From Macrostomum lignano (taxonomy: Eukaryota): a stretch of DNA of 64,000 nucleotides. Below are positions 35,726 to 48,600 of the stretch, in pieces (the first letter of the stretch is position 1; each line of letters opens with the position of its first letter). The notes under the pieces were generated by a model. That model made no database searches. It saw only the letters and a program-made list of their open reading frames with translations, and had not been told where the DNA came from. Location of the stretch: positions 1 to 64,000 of the forward strand of contig NIVC01001941.1 of the NCBI GenBank assembly GCA_002269645.1, written 5' to 3'. Made by a program: the position numbers and the translations under genes.

Positions 35726-38700
35726 CTTCCTCAGCCGCAGCTTTCCTCAGCCGATACCAGCGCGGCTCGCGGGGTCTTGTGCAGTAGAAAATGGCGAATC
35801 CCAACGTCAGCAGGACAATCAGACTGCAAGCTAGGGACACGGCCAGGTTCACGTGATAGTAGGTGACAACTGCGGGCAGGTCAAGAGCGCAAGTTATTAC
35901 TGCTGCAGAAATTCCTTCTATGTGTATGTTCTAGATTTTGCGTTGCTGAGCTGCCATGGCTCAATGGGGAGTTGCTGAGATGCCATGGCTCAATGGGGAG
36001 TTGCTGAGATACCATGGCTCAATGAGGAGTTGCTGAGATACCATGGCTCAATGGTGAGTTGCTGAGATGCCATGGCTCAATGGGGAGTTGCTGAGATACC
36101 ATGGCTCAATGGGGAGTTGCTGAGATACCATGGCTCAATGGGGAGTTGCTGAGATACCATGGCTCAATGGGGAGTTGCTGAGATACCATGGCTCAATGGT
36201 GAGTTGCTGAGATGCCATGGCTCAATGGGGAGTTGCTGAGATACCATGGCTCAATGGTGAGTTGCTGAGATACCATGGCTCAATGGTGAGTTGCTGAGAT
36301 ACCATGGCTCAATGGGGAGTTGCTGAGATGCCATGGCTCAATGGGGAGTTGCTGAGATACCATGGCTCAATGGTGAGTTGCTGAGATGCCATGGCTCAAT
36401 GGGGAGTTGCTGAGATGCTATGGCTCAATGGGGAGTTATCATATTGCCCATATCTTTACAAGACTTCTTAGAATTTCTTACAAAATTTATCAATGACTCA
36501 CTCTGGCACTGTCTCAGCTCGTGATTCTCGTCGCTATAATCTCCGCAGTTGTTGTGCCGATCGCACACCAGGCTCTTGCCTACGCACAGGCGCTTGTTCT
36601 TGCATTTGAACATGTCCGGCTTGCACTTCGAGGCTGCAGTGGACGGTGGGGGAGCGACTGAATCTATTGAATCTGTCACACTCTCTAACCCTCATTGAAT
36701 CTGTCACACTCTCTAACCCTCATTGAATCTGTCACACTCTCTAACCCTCATTGAATCTGTCACACTCTCTAACCCTCATTGAATCTGTCACACTCTCTGA
36801 CCCTCATTGAATCTGTCACACTCTCTGACCCTCATTGAATCTGTCACACTCTCTGACCCTCATTGAATCTGTCACACTCTAACCCTCATTGAATCTGTCA
36901 CACTCTCTGACCCTCATTGAATCTGTCACACTCTCTGACCCTCATTGAATCTGTCACACTCTCTGACCCTCATTGAATCTGTCACACTCTCTGACCCTCA
37001 TTAAATCTGTCACACTCTAACCCTCATTAAATCTGTCACACTCTAACCCTCATTAAATCTGTCACACTCTAACCCTCATTAAATCTGTCACACACTCTGA
37101 CCCTCATTGAATCTGTCACACTCTCTGACCCTCATTGAATCTGTCACACTCTCTGACCTTCATTAAATCTGTCACACTCTCTAACCCTCATTGAATCTGT
37201 CACACTCTCTGACCCTCATTAAATCTGTCACACTCTCTAACCCTCATTGAATCTGTCACACTCTCTGACCCTCATTGAATCTGTCACACTCTCTGACCCT
37301 CATTAAATCTGTCACACGCTAACCCTCATTAAATCTGTCACACACTCTGACCCTCATTGAATCTGTCACACTCTCTGACCCTCATTGAATCTGTCACACT
37401 CTCTGACCTTCATTAAATCTGTCACACTCTCTAACCCTCATTAAATCTGTCACACACTCTGACCCTCATTAAATCTGTCACACTCTCTGACCCTCATTGA
37501 ATCTGTCACACTCTCTAACCCTCATTGAATCTGTCACACTCTCTAACCCTCATTGAATCTGTCACACTCTCTGACCCTCATTGAATCTGTCACACTCTCT
37601 GACCCTCATTGAATCTGTCACACTCTCTGACCCGCTTTGAATCAGCCACTCTAACTCTCCATAAGTCTGTCACTCTAACTCTCCATAAGGTTGTCACTCT
37701 AACTCTACATAAGTCTGTCACTCTAACTCTCCATAAGTCTCTCTAATGAATCACGGAATTCTGGCACCCACCCGGGAGAGCGTTGGTGTACACCAACCGG
37801 AAGTGCACATATCGAGGCCCGGTTGTGTGCAGCTGAATCCGGACGAATTTCTCGGACACGATGAACACTTGCTGGTCGCGCACGTGCGAGCAGATCTTGC
37901 GGCTCAGGGCTTTGGTGGTGCTGTTGGACCGCTGGCCTGTCAGTGGCGCCAGTCACTTTAAATAGCTAGGGTGCTGCTTGTACTCATTCTGTTGCAATAT
38001 CAGATACTTCTTAGAGGAATAAAAGTTAGTCAAGAACGCGAGAAGAGAGAAAGAAATCGAAAGGAGAGAGAGAAATGAATATTGGAGAAGAATGTGGGAG
38101 AGAGGAAAGAGATAAGAAACAAATTGATTTGGTGTATTAGTGAGCAGAGCATGAAGCAAAGGAAGGAGGGGGGAGGGGAGGAGAGGAAGAGAGAGGGGAG
38201 GAAGAGAGAGGGGAGGAGGAGAGGGGGAGGTGGAGAGAGGGGAGGTGGAGAGAGGGGAGGAGGAGAGAGGGGAGGTGGAGAGAGGGGAGGTGGAGAGAGG
38301 GGAGGTGGAGAGAGGGGAGGTGGAGAGAGGGGAGGAGGAGAGAGGGGAGGTGGAGAGAGGGGGAGGAGGAGAGAGGGAAGGAGGAGAGAGGGAAGGAGGA
38401 GAGAGGGAAGGAGGAGAGAGGGAAGGAGGAGAGAGGGGGAGGAGGAGAGAGGGAAGGAGGAGAGAGGGGGAGGAGGAGAGAGGGAAGGAGGAGAGAGGGG
38501 GAGGAGGAGAGAGGGAAGGAGGAGAGAGGGAAGGAGGAGAGAGGGAAGGAGGAGAGAGGGGGAGGAGGAGAGAGGGAAGGAGGAGAGAGGGGGAGGAGGA
38601 GAGAGGGAAGGAGGAGAGAGGGAAGGAGGAGAGAGGGGGAGGAGGAGAGAGGGGGAGGAGGAGAGAGGGAAGGAGGAGAGAGGGAAGGAGGAGAGAGGGA

Positions 38701-41700
38701 AGGAGGAGAGAGGGAAGGAGGAGAGAGGGAAGGAGAGAGGAAAGGAGAGAAGGGAGGGAGGAGAGAGGGAAGGAGGAGAGAGGGAAGGAGGAGAGAGGGG
38801 AGGAGGAGAGAGGGAAGGAGGAGAGAGGGAAGGAGAGAGGTAAGGAGAGAAGGGAGGGTGGAGAGAGGGGAGGAGGAGAGGGGGGAGAGAGGTCTATGAG
38901 AATCAGCAGACAGGATTTGAGGCAATAGGAAAAGAATAAGGGAAAGATAGCAAGGATAAAATTAACAAGAGAGAGGAACAAGTGAACAGTGATACACAGG
39001 TCCGTGTGAACTAACCTGCCAGAATCTGTATGTAGTTGTCGCAGCGCCTGTGGAACAGGTGCACATTTCGCACCTGCAGATTCTCTATGGAGAGCACCAG
39101 CTGCCTGCCAGGCATGGACTCTAACAGCAGGTGGCAATCCGCCAGGTGGCCCTCCGTGTATCCCTGCGCGCTGACGATTCCCGTCTCCGTGGGCGCCGGT
39201 ACGCCGCTGCACGAGTTGAGAAGATCGGCTTCAAGGAACAACGAAAGAAAAATCAGTTAAGGGCTCAGCTGAACGATTTTATGTTATTAGAGGCAGCACG
39301 ACTTTGTCACACAACCGGCGAGAGGCATTACTGCCCTGAGCAGGCACACAAGCGCGCGGATACGTACGCAGTCATACGCACAGGCACGCACTCACACAGG
39401 AGTGTACTATCTAACTGACTATCTAACCATGTTAAGCATGCACACTCTCTGCGCCTTGGCGGTTGGTTCTCATGGCTGTGAATTGCCCCGAATTGATGAA
39501 GCTGCGCACAGATTCGAACCAGGGGTCGCGGCGCGAGAGTCGGACGCGTTCACCGCTGAGCTGCCCTGCCCCATTATGTTTCTAGAGTTTACGTTTTAGA
39601 AATATTTGATTCATGCACCATTGCAAAGATAGCATGCACAGTGTTTCATCTCTCGAAAAACTTATAATTTCAACAAACAGCTGGTAGCTTGTGTTTTTGT
39701 AACCCCCCCCCCAAACGGCTCTTTGGGTGCTGAATTTGACCTCGATTACGTAATCTCAACTGTGTAGCGATGTGACCTCGCTACTTTAGCATTGCTCTCG
39801 GCTAAAAAATTCGAATAATATAAACGCTTGTAGAGGCGCAACCTCTCCCGCGGTGCATCAAGTGCAGCTGGGACAGCTCAAGCTCCTCCGCTGCCAAAAT
39901 CTAGTATTTATCAGTAGTGCGACTGTTTCCCGTCTCTCAGCATCTTCAGCTTCATCCTGGCCAGCTCAGCCGGAGCCAACAGGCAGGACGGGGCGATGCA
40001 GCGTCAGCTGGAAGAATTGCAGCTGATTGACACTTTCGGTGAGCGCCGCTTGGAGTCTTTGTTTCAGTCCGATCGAGTCCTGAGACATCGTGTGACATGG
40101 ATTGGTTATACTCTAATGCTTTTATTAAGATTTGAGTCTTTGTTTCAGTCCGATCGAGTCCTGAGACATCGTGTGACATGGATTGGTTATACTCTAATGC
40201 TTTTATTAAGATTTGAGTCTTTGTTTCAGTCCGATCGAGTCCTGAGACATCGTGTGACATGGATTGGTTATACTCTAATGCTTTTGTTAACATTTGAGTC
40301 TTTGTTTCAGTCCGATCGAGTCCTGAGACATCGTGTGACATGGATTGGTTATACTCTAATGCTTTTGTGAAGATTTGAGTCTTTGTGCGGTAAAAATTAC
40401 AATCTTTTCTGTCGCTGACTCCTGAGCACATGGAATCGCGCCAATGCTGTACGCAGGCACGCACTCGTGCACACGCTAACATAGGGTGTACAGCGGCCCT
40501 GACTTTCTAATCGTCTGGCATGTACACTCTCTGAACACTGATATCAAAATTCAATGAAGTTTTGCTAACTGCATGAGCAGAGCCAGAGAATGACAACCGC
40601 AACAGATTCTCAAGCTTTGCCGCTCCGTACAGGCGAGGACGCGGGGCTCGGCAAGCTGCTGCTCAGCTTTCACTACTCAAAGCCGCAGCGGAAGCTCACG
40701 GTGAAGCTGCTCAGGGCAGTCGGACTGCAGCCAAACGACGGCCAGCTCTGCCCCTACGTGACTCTCCGGTTCCTGCCGGTCCAGGCCGAGACCAACCAGC
40801 TGCGTACCCGGGCTCGAATCCTCACCAACCGGCCGGTCTGGCTGGAGGCCTTCGAGTTCAACAAATTCGACGAGTCGCTGCTCACTGCTGATCAGCGGCA
40901 TCTGGCACTGCTGCTGGAGGTGCGCGACGAATGCAACAGCGCTGGCGCCGAGCCTCGGCGCCGCCTACTCGGCCGGATTGTCGTGCCGCTGCGCCGCCTG
41001 CCGCCCGGCAGCCTCCGCGGCGACGGCGTCATGTTCTGGCGCCACTTGGAGGCGCCGGCGGAGGCGGACAGCGAGGCCGACGAAGCAGCCGGCCTGGACC
41101 TCCTGCGCCTGGCGCTGCGCATCGGGCGTCGGTCTGGCCGGCTGTCGGTCGGGCAGCTGCGCTTCTGGCGCCGAAACGGCGGCGAAGCCGCGCAGCGAGT
41201 GCAGCTCCGCCTGCAGCTGGTGCTGCGCGCCACTGGCGAGCTGCTGGCGGACTGGTGGAGCCGGCCGGCGCTTCTGCGGCAGCGGCGCCAACAGCGCCTG
41301 CGTTGGAAACCGGCGCCAGCCTCCAGTCTGCCGACGCCAGTGGCTTCGTGGCGCGACATCGCCCGGCTGGCCATGCCGCATGGCGCGGCGCACACTTGCG
41401 CGCTCAAACTGCGCGCCTACCGGCTGACCGGCACCGCCGGCGACGACGCCAGCGCTGAAGAAGGAAAATCGACGGCCTCAGAGCTGGAGCTGGGCTGGGC
41501 GGAGCTCAGCTGCTCGGCCGGCCGATTGGAATCCTGGCGGTGCGTCTGGAGTCGCCTGGTGGACGGCGGCGACGGCGGCGGCTGGCTGGTGGCTTCTCTG
41601 CCGCTGCTGACCGCCGAGTATCCAAGAGCTTCGTCTTCCTTGAAGTCGTCAATTTAACGTTTAAATGCCCCACTGATTGAGTCGCTCACTGATTGAGTCG

Positions 41701-42735
41701 CTCACTGATTGAGTCGCTCACTAATTGAGTCGCTCACTAATTGAGTCGCTCACTAATTGAGTCGCTCACTGATTGAGTCGCTCATTGATTGAGTCGCTCA
41801 CTGATTGAGTCGCTCACTGATTGAGTCGCTCACTGATTGAGTCGCTCACTGATTGAGTCGCTCACTGATTGAGTCGCTCACTGATTGAGTCGCTCACTGA
41901 TTGAGTCGCTCACTGATTGAGTCGCTCACTGATTGAGTCGCTCACTGATTGAGTCGCTCACTGATTGAGTCGCTCACTGATTGAGTCGCTCACTGATTGA
42001 GTCGCTCACTGATTGAGTCGCTCACTGATTGAGTCGCTCACTGATTGAGTCGCTCACCGATTGAGTCGCTCACTGATTGAGTCGCTCACTGATTGAGTCG
42101 CTCACTGATTGAGTCGCTCACTGATTGAGTCGCTCACTGATTGAGTCGCTCACTGATTGAGTCGCTCACTGATTGAGTCGCTCACTGATTGAGTCGCTCA
42201 CTGATTGAGTCGCTCACTGATTGAGTCGCTCACTGATTGAGTCGCTCACTGATTGAGTCGCTCACTGATTGAGTCGCTCACTGATTGAGTCGCTCACTGA
42301 TTGAGTCGCTCACTGATTGAGTCGCTCACTGATTGAGTCGCTCACTGATTGAGTCGCTCACTGATTGAGTCGCTCACTGATTGAGTCGCTCACTGATTGA
42401 GTCGCTCACTGATTGAGTCGCTCACTGATTGAGTCGCTCACTGATTGAGTCGCTCACTAATTGAGTCGCTCACTGATTGAGTCGCTCACTGATTGAGTCG
42501 CTCCCTAATCTTAATGACAGTTAAAATTTTTCCTTTAGAATTATGATTAATTAAACTAGCGAAATTTTATTTTGAAGCATAAAAATATAATTCAAATTCA
42601 TAATTAATCAATAATGACAGCAGCACAAAGATACTCACTTAGCTGATACCAGCCTTGAACTCCATCAGTACAGAGTAGCAAAGTCAGAGCAATGAGGATC
42701 GCTGCAGCTCGCAGTGGATCTCCCCTGCCAGGCAT
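35709..42735 (-). CDS. Type I membrane protein: signal peptide-CUB-LDLa-TM-short tail (~276 aa; LDLRAD2/MIG-13/NETO-like architecture)
   Basis: Exons: 42735-42639 (MPGRGDPLRAAAILIALTLLLCTDGVQG), 39228-39016 and 37936-37772 (CUB; GIVSAQGY...DCHLLL...CDNYIQI...KIC...FVRIQLHT...FRLVYT), 36663-36502 (LDLa CKPDMFKCKNKRLCVGKSLVCDRHNNCGDYSDE), 35902-35709 (TM). All introns are GT-AG phase 1; total 831 nt in frame. Confidence 0.8.
35950..36430. repeat. 28-bp intronic minisatellite (GTTGCTGAGATACCATGGCTCAATGGGGA)n
   Basis: About 17 tandem copies. Confidence 0.95.
36665..37635. repeat. ~29-bp intronic minisatellite (TTGAATCTGTCACACTCTCTGACCCTCA)n
   Basis: About 33 copies, starting right at the LDLa exon acceptor. 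Confidence 0.95.
38165..38895. repeat. GA-rich purine microsatellite
   Basis: (GGAGGAGAGAGGGAA)n-like. Confidence 0.95.
39285..39575 (-). mobile_element. tRNA-derived SINE copy
   Basis: Minus head GGGGCAGGGCAGCTCAGCGGTGAACGCGTCCGACTCTCGCGCCGCGACCCCTGGTTCGAATC, with A and B boxes; tRNA-Glu-like. Confidence 0.8.
40051..40385. repeat. 81-bp tandem repeat, 4 copies
   Basis: Unit ttgagtctttgtttcagtccgatcgagtcctgagac...; period 81 (40131 to 40212). Confidence 0.95.
40590..41657 (+). CDS. Synaptotagmin-like C2-domain protein, 355 aa, nested in intron 1 of the CUB-LDLa gene
   Basis: LGKLLLSFHYSKPQRKLTVKLLRAVGL...CPYVTLRFLP...PVWLEAFEF...LLLEVRD...LLGRIVVPL (C2). Very GC-rich single ORF. Confidence 0.78.
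   Translation: MTTATDSQALPLRTGEDAGLGKLLLSFHYSKPQRKLTVKLLRAVGLQPNDGQLCPYVTLRFLPVQAETNQLRTRARILTNRPVWLEAFEFNKFDESLLTADQRHLALLLEVRDECNSAGAEPRRRLLGRIVVPLRRLPPGSLRGDGVMFWRHLEAPAEADSEADEAAGLDLLRLALRIGRRSGRLSVGQLRFWRRNGGEAAQRVQLRLQLVLRATGELLADWWSRPALLRQRRQQRLRWKPAPASSLPTPVASWRDIARLAMPHGAAHTCALKLRAYRLTGTAGDDASAEEGKSTASELELGWAELSCSAGRLESWRCVWSRLVDGGDGGGWLVASLPLLTAEYPRASSSLKSSI
41672..42505. repeat. 16-bp satellite (CTCACTGATTGAGTCG)n
   Basis: About 52 almost perfect copies. Confidence 0.98.
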
Positions 42736-44118
42736 TTCTTGACCTTCAATTATCCTGTCGGCTGTCCAGTTTCGAAACTTCTTTTAATCAAGCTCGCAAA
42801 CTTCTTTCTCGAAGCTTCTTATTTGAATAAGTTGCAGAAATTCATAGCACTGAGCAGACGAGATCGGCGCTCCTGTGTTGCCAATAAAAAATGCGTGGGA
42901 AGTTCAGCGCGGAGGTGGGGGATCTTTTCAGCCGGCAGCCGCCCCCTGACCAGAGTGCTGGCAGGAATCGATTTATTCAACTCAAAAGGCTTTCCACTTG
43001 CCGGGTTGGCTTAAACACTGTTTGAGCGGAAACTGAGACGCTTGGGTCCGCAATTTTGGCTACCAATGGCTACTGTGCACAAAGTTTCTGTTTGCGCTGA
43101 AATGTAGCTCAGCGTGGATATGAGATCTACAGAGTGCAGTGAGTGTAGGACTCAACTGCTGTTATTTTCGATTATTCTGTGTGAATGTTTGAGAAGACCT
43201 TTATGTAAAATAAGCAAAAACTCCCTGTTTCTATTCAAACGAACTTTCTAGCAAGTAGCTACTGCATACACTACACTGCATATGTGTACACCAGGTATTC
43301 TGTGCATGTACATGTATAGTTCATCGATCAATTCACAAATTACATGTAAAAGTTTTCTACTCCTTTTATTATCATTGTCATTGAAGATTTTGAAACTAGC
43401 TTGTATCTGATCAAACAAAATAAACCAATCCATACTCTACGACCGACTGATATCGAGAAAGGAACAACATATAAAAATAACTGTGCATACTGCATATTCA
43501 TGCTATTGTTATTGATATTTTGAAATACGAGCCCGTAACAAGACTGACAATTATTACTTTGTCAGTTATTGTTTATAAGTTGCGACTAGACGGCACATTG
43601 TCATATATTTTATACTGCAACCTTTTTAAAATCATTAAGATCAAAATTAAGATAAAAAATTGTGTGATGACGCATTAGAGTTTTAAACGATCTACTCTTT
43701 TTATGTTGTTTGTTTGTCTTCGTCTTGACTTGGTCGTCCTGATCGCTTAACCGAATGTGTCGAATTTTCACGTCGTGCCTTATCTTGAGTGGTTTTAGAA
43801 ATTCATATCGAACAGGAAATTAGACAATTAGAATTAGGTGAGTGGATTTGCGACTGCACGTGTATTTATGATCGAACCCGTCGAATTTGTTTTTGCCTAA
43901 ATAAACAAAATTCACATTTTCGAAGTCTTAAAAATGCTACACATATGCTTTAGCTCTTATTTGGATCTACTATTTAATAAAAATACTGGATTTATATCTC
44001 CAAACTTATTTTTGTTTGGCAAAGTCCCATGACTCCATTGTTGTTTAACAATGGTAACTTGTTAAAATATTCCTGATAAACCAACTATAACCAAATATTT
44101 CAAGGTTATTAAGGAATC

Positions 44119-45300
44119 ATGACTAGTGCAAAAGAATTGGTGAGTAAATACTTGTATTTTTTATCAATTTCGTTACCCTCTAAGATATACGTTGATCGTT
44201 ATTCTAATCTGACAAACTCATATGATTCTGTTGGCTAAAAAGAAACTTTTCCCTGCAATGACTAATAAAAAGGCAGATATTAAAATATACTTAAGTAGAT
44301 TTTAAAATAATGTTTTCTTTAAATTAATAGAAGATGATATCATTTTATCATTTTATTGTCATAAAAATGCTTTAATTCTGTACTTTTCTTGATTGCTTTT
44401 TTAACTTTATTAACTAGCTTTTATTCACCTTTCATCAGCAACTCAGTAGAAGACAATTTTTTATATTTAAATGTTAGAAGTTAAATAGTTCTAAGCTCGT
44501 ATAGTTATACTTTACGAATGTTTTACTTTAAAAAGCGATTTGATTTTAGACAATTTCAGGCTGTTATTATCGAACTTGTAAAAACAAAGTGCATTGTTAG
44601 GTACACAAGTTTAAAAGATCATTGTCTAATTCATTTTGCGAATGAATTCATCAGCATTCTTAATTGAGAATTTAATTTATGCTCATTTTTTAGCATTCTG
44701 CCTGTGTAATGAATTTTTAGCTTTAGTACATGTTTAAAGCTTAGGAATAGCTATAAGCGATGTCTTTTTATAAAAATCAACCAATTAAATTTCAGAGCTC
44801 AAGTGGAAGCGTTATCCTAACGAAGGGCCAGTGGTACTGGAAAGAGGATGATAACACCTTGGACTTTCGACCCAGGTAATTTTGTAACTAGGGAAAGTCG
44901 CTAAGCAGCTTGGTTCAGCATGTTTCACCTTGAAGAGAGTGCCTGAGAATGCAATTAAGCTTGTTTTTACCGTAGAAATCAAAGTGCCACCCTACTCATT
45001 TCTGTCAGCGCTGGCTCCAGCCAGCTGCCAACCCTCGACAAATCGGCTGCGGCAAGGAAACGAGGCGGCGGCGCCGGCAAGGCAGGCGGCAGAAGCGACA
45101 GACGGACGCCGAGCGCCGGCGGGCGCGGCGGAGGCGGCAAGCAGCAGCAGCGGGCGAAGGGCGGCTCAGGCAAGGCGGCTGATGGAGAGGAAGACGATCG
45201 GGAGATCACCCTGGCTGATGTGAAGCGTAAGGAGACTGGATTTTGTCACGCTGCTTTCGCGGGAAAATTGTGAACTATACTACTACTGCTGCTGCTGCTG

Positions 45301-45375
<75 letters not shown>

Positions 45376-45376
45376 T

Positions 45377-45432
<56 letters not shown>

Positions 45433-45433
45433 T

Positions 45434-45495
<62 letters not shown>

Positions 45496-45496
45496 T

Positions 45497-45578
<82 letters not shown>

Positions 45579-45586
45579 GCTGCTAC

Positions 45587-45622
<36 letters not shown>

Positions 45623-48600
45623 TACGCGCTACTTTCACTTCCTACCTGTATAGGCGTTGCGCTGGCCATGATGCAGGAGGCAAATCAGAAAGTGAACTCG
45701 CCGTGGTTTCAAGAAATTCGCCTGTAAGTCAGAGAATTCGAATATTTCAAATCTGATCGAATCCGCACTCTAACTGAGCCTTGATCAATGGCACTCCACT
45801 TCAGCACGAAGGCATTCGACGACTTCCTCATGACGCTGCTGCTGCACTTCCACTGGTTCTTCGAGAAGCGCACCCTGGACTGCAAGGTCTACCCCGCCAA
45901 CGTGCACAAGAGCCGGCACGAGATCCAGGAATACGAGGACATCTGCGTGAAGGTCAGCAGCACCGAGAAGGTGATCGGCCGGTCCTACTGCGCGCTCATC
46001 CTGGGCCAGGGCGTGGCGGACACGCACCACATGGCCGCCGGCGACTCGCGAGTGTCCGCCACCAAGAACGACAGGGAAATGTTCGAGACGCTCTACTCCT
46101 TCTGCAGCTATGTGGTTTGGCTCACCTTCAAGCGAAGGGAGTTTGACAAGATTGAGAAGGAGATGGGCAGGTGAGTCATTGTGCCGGCTGAGGCCGGTAG
46201 CTGGATTAGCAATCCATTCTATTCTTTCATTGATGTTGGCTAGATTAGCAATCCATTCTATTCTTTCATTGATGTTGGCTAGATTAGCAATCCATTCTAT
46301 TTTGTTATTGATGTTGGCTAGATTAGCAATCCATTCTATTCTTTCATTGATGTTGGCTAGATTAGCAATCCATTCTATTTTGTTATTGATGTTGGCTAGA
46401 TTAGCAATCCATTCTATTCTGTTATTCATGTTGGCTAGATTAGCAATTCATTCTATTCTGTTATTGATGTTGGCTAGATTAACCTTCCATTACATATGAA
46501 GGAGGCGACAGTCATAAAATTTTACTAGCATATTTTACCATAAAAGTTTTACTATCGGCAGGATATTCCGGTCGGACACGTTCAACCTGGCCATGCGAGA
46601 GAAGAACTACCAGACAGACGAGAACGGAAACGAGAAAAACAGAAAATTAACGCCAGCTGAGTATCGGCGAATGCACCCGTGAGCTGCTAAGGCCAGTCAC
46701 CATGCTCTTCGCGTACGTTTCATAACTTTTATTGTGCAATGATGTTGCCGATTCCTCTCTGCTTATTTCAGAAAACGACCTGCCATTAACGACATTGTAA
46801 AGTAAGTGGCAATTGGGACTGCATTGCATGGGGAAGTGGGAGCGGAGCTGACAGACTGGGGAAGTGGGAGCGGAGCTGACGGACTGGGGAAGTGGGAGCG
46901 GAGCTGACAGACTGGGGAAGTGGGAGCGGAGCTGACAGACTGGGGAAGTGGGAGCGGAGCTGACAGACTGGGGAAGTGGGAGCGGAGCTGACAGACTGGG
47001 GAAGTGGGAGCGGAGCTGACAGACTGGGGAAGTGGGAGCGGAGCTGACAGACTGGGGAAGTGGGAGCGGAGCTGACGGACTGGGGAAGTGGGAGCGGAGC
47101 TGACAGACTGGGGAAGTGGGAGCGGGGCTGACAGACTGGGGAAGTGGGAGCGGAGCTGACAGACTGGGGAAGTGGGAGCGGAGCTGACAGACTGGGGAAG
47201 TGGGAGCGGAGCTGACAGACTGGGGAAGTGGGAGCGGAGCTGACAGACGAAACCAGTTAAGTTTGGTCATGTAAAGTTGCAAATAAGATTCTCAAAGAGC
47301 AAAGCGCAATGTCTAACCGCAGTCAAAGGTCGCCGGCTCTCGCTTCAATTTTGCCTCGGCCTAAGGAGGGCGCCTCGTGGCTCTACACGGCCAAAAAGGA
47401 TTTCGAAAAGTGAGTTAAAAATATAATTTAAAACGTCTCTTGCGTCTACTTTGAGTAGTAAAACTAGACAATCATTTTTTATCCAGATTTTCCCAGGAAG
47501 CGTCCGGACCCAAGGAGGCAGAGCTGCGGCCGGACCCGGTGAAGTGAGTCGAACTTCCTCTGTGTACTTTTACATGGCCCGCTAGCCAACTAAACATGAC
47601 CTTGGAAAACATCCGCCAGGTTTGGGATTCTGGGCGACATGATGTCGCTTTACAACCCGGATACCCTGACACCTGAAGGCGCAGACGAGGAGGCCGAGAA
47701 GCAGGCGGCCGGCGAGGGCGACGCTGCGGCGACAGGCGGGGGTGAGATTTCTGAGAATGTGGGATTGTCAAGGGGGAGATTTCTGAGAATGTGGGATTGT
47801 CAAGGGGGATATTTCTGAGAATGTGGGATTGTCAAGGGGGAGATTTCTGAGAATTTAGGATTGTCAAGAGTGAGATTTGGAAGGGATTAGCAAGAGTGAG
47901 ATTTGGAAAGGATTAGCAAGAGTGAGATTTGGAAAGGATTAGCAAGAGTGAGATTTGGAAAGGATTAGCAAGAGTGAGATTTGGAAAGGATTAGCAAGAG
48001 TGAGATTTGGAAAGGATTAGCAAGGGTGAGATTTGGAAAGGATTAGCAAGAGTGAGATTTGGAAAGGATTAGCAAGGGTGAGATTTGGAAGGGATTAGCA
48101 AGAGTGAGATTTGGAAAGGATTAGCAAGAGTGAGATTTGGAAAGGATTAGCAAGAGTGAGATTTGGAAAGGATTAGCAAGAGTGAGATTTGGAAAGGATT
48201 AGCAAGAGTGAGATTTGGAAAGGATTAGCAAGAGTGAGATTTGGAAAGGATTAGCAAGAGTGAGATTTGGAAAGGATTAGCAAGAGTGAGATTTGGAAAG
48301 GATTAGCAAGAGTGAGATTTGGAAAGGATTAGCAAGAGTGAGATTTGGAAGGGAGGGGAAGAAGGGAAGGGAAGGGAGAAGAGTGGAAACCCGAAGTTAA
48401 GCCATCTTCAGTTTGTCCTGAGCAGTTCCGCTTTCATATCTCACACGGTTTCCCAAATTTCCCAACCGTCCAGGCGCAGACGGAGAGTCGGGCGCGGCCG
48501 CTGAAGACGACGAAGATGCCGGCGGTGCAGCGGCAGAGTCGGCGGCGGCGGTGGGCGGCGCGGGCGCAGCAGGCGGTCCGATGGAGTCGGACGCGGCGGC

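Noticed and set aside
39510-39575. Possible genuine tRNA gene
   Set aside because: It has A and B boxes but no proper acceptor stem and runs into a shared SINE body; the same holds for 63035-63105 and 28320-28375.
39838-39900. Possible extra exon (ILAAEELELSQLHLMHRGR) of the CUB-LDLa gene
   Set aside because: Its acceptor is phase 0 while exon 1 ends in phase 1; the gene model is complete without it.
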